From the NCBI RefSeq assembly GCF_006345805.1, contig NC_043013.1, positions 29,264,001-29,328,000 of the forward strand: a stretch of 64,000 nucleotides of DNA, read 5' to 3'. This DNA is from Octopus sinensis (taxonomy: Eukaryota). Under the pieces are notes generated by a model. It was given only the letters and a program-made list of their open reading frames with translations. It did not search any database and had not been told where the DNA came from. Shown here piece by piece: positions 55,746 to 64,000 of this stretch; within the stretch, counting starts at the first letter, position 1, and each line of letters opens with the position of its first letter. The position numbers and the translations under genes are program-made.

Positions 55746-56306
55746 TCAAGTTGTGCATTTTGCCGACGCTCTCCGCATGCACAAATTCTCCGTTAAAATA
55801 GAATGAAGTGATCCTGTGCTTATTCTCACTTCATGGACAATTTTCTGGATTGCTACATGACGGCCTTTCATGACTATTCGCCGAACGTTCTCAATCGGCT
55901 CCTCATTTTGGTTGCTTGAGCGTTCCCCACCCTCTATTGAGGTGCGGCCATATTTGAAGTGGTTGTGCCACTCCTTGTTCTGAGTATTGTCCGTAGCATT
56001 ATCACCAAAGGCCTCCTGAATCTTCCGGATGGTTTGAGCAAGAGTAACACCAAAATTTTGGCAAAACCTGATGCAATATCTCTGCCCAATGCGTTCGGTC
56101 ATCTGGCGTGAAAACGAAGATCTGACGAGTGCGCGCTACACGTCTGTACTCTAGGCTTAACAGCTGGGAATTCACTCTGCCAGCTGGCGGAAGCATTTTC
56201 ACGCATGAGCAGGAAGGGTCGCGTTATCTTTCATCCAAATGATTTTCCCCACGCAGCATTAGTTTTAGCGGGAAAAATAAAGTCGGATACTTTTGAACGC
56301 ATCTCG
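55746..56306 (-). mobile_element. mariner (Tc1/mariner) transposon 5' remnant
   Basis: ORF 55746-56102 (QRYCIRFC...TIRKIQEAFG...EWHNHFKYGRTSIE...SLHSILTENLCMRRASAK) is a mariner paired-HTH N-terminus. A TIR-like end TA|CGAGATGCGTTCAAAAGTATCCGACT lies at 56306-56281. Confidence 0.85.
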
Positions 56307-56644
56307 TATGTATGTTTGTATGTATGTATGTATGTATGTATGTATGCATGTATGTATGTATATACACACACGCATGATTAAATGTATATATGTATGTGTG
56401 TTTGTGTATGGGCGTGTGTTTGTGTATCCATGCATACACATATACATATGAATAGAAGTTTATACATGGATATGCATATAGAAAGATATTTGTACGTGTA
56501 TGTATGTAGAATATAAACAAATAAATAAAAACATAAGCTTGGCAAATTAAAACAAATTACTAGGAAGTTATAATAATATTATTGTGAAAGTTTCTAAATA
56601 AATGCTTAGAATGTTCTGTTAAGAGAGCTAAACATTTCACTTAC

Positions 56645-56734
56645 ACCGTCTTCTCTTTCTGACGGCCATAAAATGAATACTGTTTTATTTTTATTTTTGC
56701 CTTTTTTTAAACATTTTATCCAACAGAAGCCTAA
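56645..56734 (-). CDS. Candidate internal coding exon (90 nt, phase 0/0), unknown product
   Basis: TTACTTGCAG| acceptor and |GTAAGT donor. Open frame LGFCWIKCLKKGKNKNKTVFILWPSEREDG is phase-compatible with 60081-60208. Confidence 0.3.
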
Positions 56735-56950
56735 CTGCAAGTAATTATTAAGGAAGATTAATTAATTATATCAGAAATATAGCTGTTGAAAATATCATAG
56801 CGGGGGTGCTTTCTGCATGGAGTCAATAGAAATGCGTTAGCGTTTCAAAACATTCAATATGGTGTTTTGAAAAACATTGGTCAATTAACTTTAATCATAA
56901 AACTGGCAGACAAAATCTCTTTCTTTCTTCCTTCCTTCCTTCCTCCATTC

Positions 56951-57045
<95 letters not shown>

Positions 57046-57286
57046 TGTCTCTCTCTCTTTGTCTCTCTCCTTTCTGTCTGTCTGTCGGATTACCTCTCTG
57101 TCTGTCTGTCTCTCTCGTCCTCTCATATTAAATTTAGTGTCTATAAAGAACAAGAAAAGGAAACTATAGACCCCATCGTTTCTGACAGATTTATCTATGT
57201 AAACAAAATAATGTCATTTGAGGCATTTACATACTTAATCTAGCATTTAGTAGGCATACCTTGCATGTAATACCTGTGCGGTCAAT

Positions 57287-57368
57287 AAATGGTGCTTGAA
57301 ACCTAATTCAGATTTTTACAACCAAAAGGTGCTTGAAACCTAATTTAGATTTTTACAACCAAATGGTG
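57287..57368. repeat. 37 bp tandem duplication (2.2 copies)
   Basis: AAATGGTGCTTGAAACCTAATTCAGATTTTTACAACC repeated with 2 mismatches. Confidence 0.9.
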
Positions 57369-57607
57369 TCATCTACTTTTGCTGAGAGAACAACAGAAAA
57401 CGATTGAAACATTGAAAATTATTGAGACATCACTGATTTTGTTTTCTATTGTTACTTCGAATCTGTGGATACGAATCTCGAACCCACAAGTGTAAACAAG
57501 AGACACAGAGAAAAGCAGAAACAAGGAAAATGCCACTTATATTTGAAAACTATACAAATATTCTTTTAAAAGAACTTTTAATTTTTCTAAATTTAATTAT
57601 TTAATTG

Positions 57608-57650
57608 TTACATTTGAAAAGGTCTCAAAATGACTGAAACCGGTACTGAA
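57608..57650 (+). ncRNA. Minimal hammerhead-like motif, U3:A8 core variant
   Basis: UUGAAAA, stem II GGUC/GACU, GAAA, palindromic CCGG, UA. Stem I is poor in this copy. Confidence 0.4.
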
Positions 57651-57955
57651 TAAAATTATTATAAAATTATTTTAGCATTTTCTATCTTGACTTGTTTTTT
57701 CATATATATATAATATATATATCTATATATATATTATTATATATATATATACTATATATATATAATATAGATATATATATATATATATATATATATATCT
57801 AATATATTAATATATATATATTCTTTCTGTGTTCCTTTCTGTGGAAGATCGTAGGCTCAAAACGTTAGACTTTTTCATTTCCCGAGTGTTATACTAATAC
57901 ATCTGTTTGTTGCCTACACCACCTGCCTTCGTCTTTTATTTTTTTGTGAATTCTT

Positions 57956-58009
<54 letters not shown>

Positions 58010-58169
58010 TATATATATATATATATATATAGGAGATGTACTCTCATAGCAGTAATTTGATCTGAGATCGTGTGCTGAAACGAAAACAATTGCAGCGTGG
58101 AAGGTGTTTATAAGCCATTTAAGAAACACACAACAAAGCCGTTCGATTCACTTCAACATTTAAGTTTAA

Positions 58170-58219
58170 TTTGTCAAAATATTTTCATCGCTAAAATCCG
58201 CGACCTGTTCACTGACAAA
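58170..58219 (-). ncRNA. Minimal hammerhead-like motif, G3:C8 core variant
   Basis: Stem I UUUGUCA/UGACAAA (7 bp), core GUGAACA, stem II GUCGC/GCGAU, GAAA, palindromic AUAU, UU. Confidence 0.55.
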
Positions 58220-58264
58220 GTCCGTGTTTTATTATAAGATATATATCTTAATATATATAGATAT

Positions 58265-58310
<46 letters not shown>

Positions 58311-58355
58311 TATATTATAATAATATATATATATGTGTATATATATATATATATA

Positions 58356-58735
58356 GGAGGCGCAATGGCCCAGTGGTTAGGGAAGCGGACTCGCGGTCCT
58401 AGGATCGCGGTTTCGATTCCCAGACCGGGCGTTGTGAGTGTTTATTGAGCGAAAACACCTAAAGCTCCACGAGGCTCCGGCAGGGATGGTGGTGATCCCT
58501 GCTGTACTCTTTCACCACCACAACTTTCTCTCACTCTACTTACTTCCTGTTTCTGTTGTACCTGTATTTCAAAGGGCCGTCCTTGTCACTCTCTGTTCAC
58601 GCTGAATATCCCCGAGAACTACGTTAAGTGTACACGTGTCTGTGGAGTGCTCAGCCACTTACACGTTAATTTCACGAGCAGGCTGTTCCGTTGATCGGAT
58701 AACCGGAACCCTCATCGTCGTAACCGAGGAGTGCT
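58356..58735 (+). mobile_element. SINE with a distinct tRNA-derived head and tail type 2
   Basis: A box TGGCCCAGTGG, B box GTTTCGATTCC. The 3' ~180 bp is shared with 7751-8078. Confidence 0.85.
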
Positions 58736-58974
58736 TCCCTCCTATAAATATATAATAATATTATATAATAAACAATAAGGAACGGCCATAATAGGCCATT
58801 CACCCACTAGAAATAACAGCCAAAGCTTCTACCGCAAATAAAATAAAATGGTCTATACTATTTAATTTTTTCCCACTGGGCCGCTGGTGGCAATAAAATT
58901 CTACAAAATTTTCCTTGCCACCCTATATGATATTATATATATATATATATATTATATATATTATTATATAGAAG

Positions 58975-59025
58975 AGCTTCTACAGGACTAGAACTGTTTC
59001 ATTCAAGAGAAATCTTCAGGAAGCT
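58975..59025 (-). ncRNA. Type I hammerhead ribozyme motif
   Basis: AGCUUC-CUGAAGA-UUUC UCUU GAAU-GAAA-CAG UUCUAGUC CUG-UA-GAAGCU: 6-bp stem I, canonical core, 4-bp stem III, GUA triplet. There is a U:U pair at the base of stem II. Confidence 0.7.
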
Positions 59026-60080
59026 AGTTAACGAATTGTATTGCCATTTATACATTTAGGCAGGTTTAAAGGGGTGTTGGTGGGGGACTTTTTGGGGGTA
59101 GGCATAGCGCAAAATATCATACTTGGGGGAGTGGTCAAGGAGTCAGTGTTAAATTAGATAGAAGAATAAATAAAAAAATAAAAAAATATATAAAAAAATA
59201 TATAAAAATATATATAAAAAAAGGGAATAGAGTTTTAGGTAAATAAGGAGATTCTCACTTATACCTATGCACATATGTATACATATATACACACACATAC
59301 AAACATATATACATATGCATACACACATACGTACACACACACATATATACATATATATACACTTACACATACATATACATATCTACACATACACATATAT
59401 GTATACATACACACACTCACATGCATACACGTATACACACATGTATATATACACACACGACCACACATACATATACACACAGAAAAATATATATACCATA
59501 CACACACATACTCACATACACGCATACACACACATATCCACCACACATATGCACACAACGCACACCAGTCCCTATATACACATATATACACATACACACA
59601 CATATACACACACATACATATACATACATATTATATATAATATATACATATGTGTACCTATGCATACCTACACATACACACATATATATACACATACAAA
59701 TACAGACCCATTCCCTAATTTTAATTTTATTATCTTCATTTATTACTTTTGTTATCTTTGATCGCTGGTCACAAACATCTTGGCTATGACAGCCAGTCCA
59801 TTTATCTGTCTACTGGAAAACAAGCACTCATTTACTCACGCACACTCTTTAGCATGTACACTCACTCATTCGCACACTCATACACATACACGCACGCACG
59901 CGTTATATTCATACATACATACATCTACATACATTCACGTATATACACATACGTACGCGTACCTACAGATTCATGTCTACACTCTTAGAAGGCTAGTCTA
60001 TACATATACACCAATAAATATCAGTCAGCGGACACATAGATAGATGTGCTTCAAATGAAAATCCGAAATTTACAACTTAC

Positions 60081-60208
60081 CCACTTTACAAATTCAGTGA
60101 CAGCGTAACCTTCACCCAACGCCAAAATAAAGAACTTTATTTCATCAAAAAATTTAGACCAAGTTTGAACACCCTGGGCCAGGAATATTAAAACAAAACA
60201 TTGGTCTT
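60081..60208 (-). CDS. Candidate internal coding exon (128 nt), unknown product
   Basis: Strong acceptor TTTCATTTTTCCTTTTCAG| and donor TGG|GTAAGT. Only one frame is open: DQCFVLIFLAQGVQTWSKFFDEIKFFILALGEGYAVTEFVKW. Confidence 0.5.
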
Positions 60209-61127
60209 CTGAAAAGGAAAAATGAAATTCTACCACAACCACCACGACCACTACGACTGCTTCCACTATCACTACTACTACAACCACCGTGGTCACTACT
60301 ATTGCTGCTACGATCAACAGTCCTCTACTGCTGCTGCTGCTACGGCCACAGTGTGAGAATTAAAATAGTAAAAAAGGGTGGAGGTGGGGGAATTACAGTT
60401 TCTCAGATCTTTAAACAGTCGCTTCCGCTTGCAGTGGTATGTTTTAGGGAAAGATGAATTTATAAAATTTTTTTTTCTACGAGCTGATCTGATTTTGATT
60501 CGTTAAAAAATTGATGACGTTTTTCTTCCGTGGTCAAGCTTGTCGTTCTGCTTGGTTGGTTTCCTTGCAGGATACAGTTATAGATCGTTCCGGTTCGTTG
60601 GTTCTCTTAAAGGTCCTTTTCCTTGTATTCGTTGAAGTTTGGTTTTGATTGGTTTGGAATTATGTGACGTTAGTGAACAGTGCCAGTGAACAGTGTCACT
60701 ACTATTGCTGCTACGATCAACAGTCCTCTACTGCTGCTACGGCCACAGCTTAACTGCTACAACCCCAACCACCACCAAGGTTGCCAAAATTACGACCAAC
60801 AGTAACTGCTGCTACTGCCATTTAAACCACTAGACCTACTTCTGCTGCTAGGACAGCTACAACCAATAAGCTGCTGCGACCCCAACCACCACTACGGTTA
60901 CTACTACTACAACCAACAATCACTACTGCTGCTACCATTCCATTGGAACACAAGGAAACAAAAAAAAACGGTTCCTTTTGATACCAGAAAGAAACAATAA
61001 TGAACTTCTTCACTACACTCAACTGTAATATAGCGATTATATCAACTACCGACAAAACACCACCACATGGATTCTATTGAGACCAGTAAGAAACGATTAT
61101 GAACTTTTCTATTGCACTTTTATAATA

Positions 61128-61172
61128 TTTTTTGATAAGGTTCGTTTTTTCAAGAACCGAAACATGTAAAAT
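61128..61172 (+). ncRNA. Minimal hammerhead-like motif, U3:A8 core variant
   Basis: UUGAUAA (61132-61138), stem II GGUUC/GAACC, GAAA, palindromic CAUG, UA. Stem I is a weak A:U helix. Confidence 0.45.
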
Positions 61173-61260
61173 CATAAGAAAATTAAAATTTTATCCAATA
61201 TAGTGGCGTTTTCAAACTTCTTTTTTACAAATATATACCCACTTGTATACGATCTACTCT

Positions 61261-61291
<31 letters not shown>

Positions 61292-61589
61292 CGTCGAAGG
61301 CTGTTCCGTATTTTATCTGAAAGAGTTTTCCAACCCAATATTTACATGCTTTATGTGAACCCTCCAGAACCACTATTCCCAACAAATAACTATTTCATTA
61401 TGCATAAATAATTTACAAGATAAGGGCAAAAGAAAAATTCTAATGCCAAATATGCCGAAAAAAAGACAAGAATTGTCAATATAATTTAGGCGTCTCGAAG
61501 CAAACCGATAGAAATTTCTAAAAAATTCGTTATTACCGTATTGGTCCAATTTCGGGGTTAATTCATGTATATATGCATGTATGCATGTA

Positions 61590-61625
<36 letters not shown>

Positions 61626-61628
61626 GTG

Positions 61629-61677
<49 letters not shown>

Positions 61678-61758
61678 ATGTATGTAGTTTTCCTTCTATT
61701 TTTATGTGAAACCTTCAGGCAAGGAAGGCGCTGGTTTCTGACAAACCATTGTTGGAAT

Positions 61759-62186
61759 TCTTTTATTCTTTTACTCTTTTACTTTTTCTGTCATTTGCCG
61801 GTGACCATGCTGGAGCACCGTCTTGAAGGATTTTAGTCGAGCAAATCGACCTCATGACTTATTTTTAAAGCCTAGTACTTGTTCAACTGGACTGTTTTGC
61901 CGAAACGCTAAGTTACGGGGAGGTAAACACATCATCACCAGTTGTCAAACAGTAGTGGGGACAAACTTGCACGCACATACACGCATACGCACACGCACAT
62001 ATAGATATATATATATATACACCACGGGATTCTTTCAGTTTCCCTCTGTCAAATCTACTCACAAGTCTATGGTCGGTCCGAGGCCATAGTAGAAAAAAAA
62101 CTTGTCCAAGATGTCATGCAGTTGGACTGAACCCAGGACCATGTGGTTGGGAAGCAAGCTTCTTACCACACAGCTACCCCTGCGCC
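61759..62186 (-). mobile_element. SINE family A, full length
   Basis: Reverse complement of the family A head (CTTACCACACAGCTACCCCTGCGCC) and tail (CCATGCTGGAGCACCG). Confidence 0.9.
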
Positions 62187-62212
62187 TATATTTTAGACAA
62201 TGATAACAAATT

Positions 62213-62575
62213 CACATTTTGAATTTGAAGAACGTGTTGCATACTTTTAGTGTTCCGCTTACAGATTGTATTTGTAATGTGCATGTTACCTGGTTGATTT
62301 CTTTCTTGGAAAACCTTACCCTATCCAGATTTTACTTAAGCATTTATTCGCAGAACCAATCGCACCAATTATTATTGGCATAAATGCGAATTTATAGGCT
62401 GGATGTTTCGAAGCAGTTGTTCATAGTTATCCTCGTTCTCTTTACATCAGCAGGACAGCAGAAGTCAATAACATGCATATTTGTTTTGTCTGTCTCAAAC
62501 TACAATATTCACCCTGTTATGTTTGTACTTGGTTGAAGCTTTTACGGGGATGCTCCACTTATATTCCTTGCGTTG
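62213..62575 (-). mobile_element. Decayed RLE-type LINE C-terminal fragment (second piece at 63880-64000)
   Basis: Minus strand: KHNRVNIVV...VIDFCCPADV...EDNYEQLLRNIQ...MPIIIGAIG...FSKKEINQ. The piece at 63880-64000 reads FIPIRTGTFG...GFSEKENNQLICT. Confidence 0.55.
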
Positions 62576-63060
62576 ATGTTTATGTATGTATTCAGTAATC
62601 TTTTCTGCTGTAGGCACAAGACCGGCCTGAAAGCTTGAAGAAGGGGCTAAGTCAATTAAATTGACCCCTGTATTCAGGTACTTATTTTATCGTCCCTCGG
62701 TAAAGTCGATCTCAGCGAAATTCAATCTTAGAACGTAAGGACGGATGAAATGCCGTTAAGCATTTTTCCCGCAGTGCTAACGATCCTGCTAGCTCGCCCA
62801 CCTTTATGTGTCCAATAATACCGGGGGTTTCTTTATATTTATGACAGGACAGTATTTTTTCGGGTGGCATTGTGTATTGTTTTAGCGACAAATTTATGAA
62901 TATTTGTAAGCATATATGCATGAGTGTATGTATGTGTTAATGTGTTAGGTGAGTAGACGTTTGTGTATTTATGCATGAAAATACGTGTTTGTGTATGTAT
63001 ATATCTATGCCTAAATGTGTGCATGTACATACATATATGTGTATATACATACATAAATAT

Positions 63061-63535
63061 ATACCTATTCATAAACCCAATCAATCTTTACAATAAATCA
63101 ATGTCCTATCAAATCACCCTAAACTTACTCTTAATAGTATAATCACCGGTATATCTATCGGGATCTCCAACTTATCTGCAAACGAAGTAATTTTTAACAG
63201 TCATGCCCCGTATTATAATCAGGCCCTCCAACTAAGTGGCTTCCGGGAAAAGATCTATATCCCCAATACTAAGCTTAAGACTAAAATTGCATATCTTTTC
63301 CTAATGCTAACCCCAAATCAACAGACAGTTCTTCCACTCAATGTCAATCCAACAACTCTCAAAAAAAAAAAACCTACACATCGGACTCGACAGCCCAACT
63401 GGCTACCTCGAACCTATAACAGCTAGAAGCCTCGTTCTCCGGATCCATCCAGTACAATCACACACTCTAAACATTTTAAAGCCGGGAAGCGCAATTTCTA
63501 ATGGTTCACACTACCCTTCTCCCTTCAAGTTGACT
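63061..63535 (+). mobile_element. Penelope-like element, RT thumb/linker fragment
   Basis: The frame from 63061 reads HKPN...SNHP...ISNLSANEVIFN...YNQALQLSGF, and later WFTLPFS (cf. PLE motifs YRKPN, SNHP, AL..SGY, WFNPPFS). Confidence 0.75.
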
Positions 63536-63594
63536 CTATGTATATATATATATATATGTACGTATGTATGTATGTACGTATGTATGTATGTATG

Positions 63595-63628
<34 letters not shown>

Positions 63629-63764
63629 TGTATGTATGTTTGTATGTATTTATGTATGTATGTATGTATGTAGACACTAAAAAACACAAACACACCCATA
63701 CACACACGTATGCACTCTACATACGACTCAGTAAGTATGTCGTGTAGGTACTTACATGTATATC

Positions 63765-63800
<36 letters not shown>

Positions 63801-64000
63801 TACATACTAGTGCATACATATGTATATGTATGTGTGTGTGTGTGTGTATGCGTGTATTTTTAATAATTTAAATACAGATTTTATTTTTAATGTGCAAATC
63901 AGTTGGTTGTTTTCTTTCTCTGAAAATCCTCGCTTATCCAAGCTGATAGTCAGGCTTTTATTTACCAAACCAAACGTTCCAGTTCTTATTGGTATAAATG

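Noticed and set aside
57841-57875. Hammerhead-shaped GGAAGA-GCGTAGGCTC-(G)AAACGT motif (also at ~3740-3770, minus strand)
   Set aside because: The core reads UGGAAGA in both copies and stem I is weak, so it is not called as a ribozyme.
58356-58430. tRNA-like sequence
   Set aside because: It is a SINE head with A/B boxes that continues into SINE body. There is no complete cloverleaf with an acceptor stem.
60230-60940. Thr/Ala-rich ACN/GCT repeats resembling a mucin exon on +
   Set aside because: No sustained open frame or splice sites. It is degenerate triplet repeat.
62285-62321. Two minus-strand donor-like sites
   Set aside because: They lie inside a decayed RLE LINE fragment.

Overview
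Repeat-saturated, AT-rich eukaryotic DNA, most likely from an octopod cephalopod (inferred from remembered SINE families and the extreme (TA)n/(CA)n/(AAT)n load, not from a database search). Almost all ORF-track entries are microsatellite translations. Real content: (1) dozens of tRNA-derived SINEs of several modular families, two with clear 16-17 bp target-site duplications. (2) A ~14 kb nest (40.6-54.8 kb) of about ten RLE-type (R4/Dong-like) LINE insertions from several families in (AAT)n tracts, including one near-full-length decayed copy (41224-45401). (3) Fragments of CR1-like, RTE (Rex3-like), Penelope-like and mariner elements, plus a palindromic MITE. (4) Five minimal type I hammerhead-ribozyme motifs in short Penelope-like units next to (TA)n, whose position 3:8 core pair covaries (C:G, U:A, G:C). 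(5) Possible host-gene signals on the minus strand: a CCAAT/TATA/Inr promoter with a 56-nt non-coding first exon at ~35.3 kb, and two phase-compatible candidate coding exons at 60081-60208 and 56645-56734. There is one 100-N assembly gap. No intact host protein-coding gene, rRNA, true tRNA or CRISPR array is supportable. Boundaries of diverged repeats are approximate (about +/-10-30 bp).
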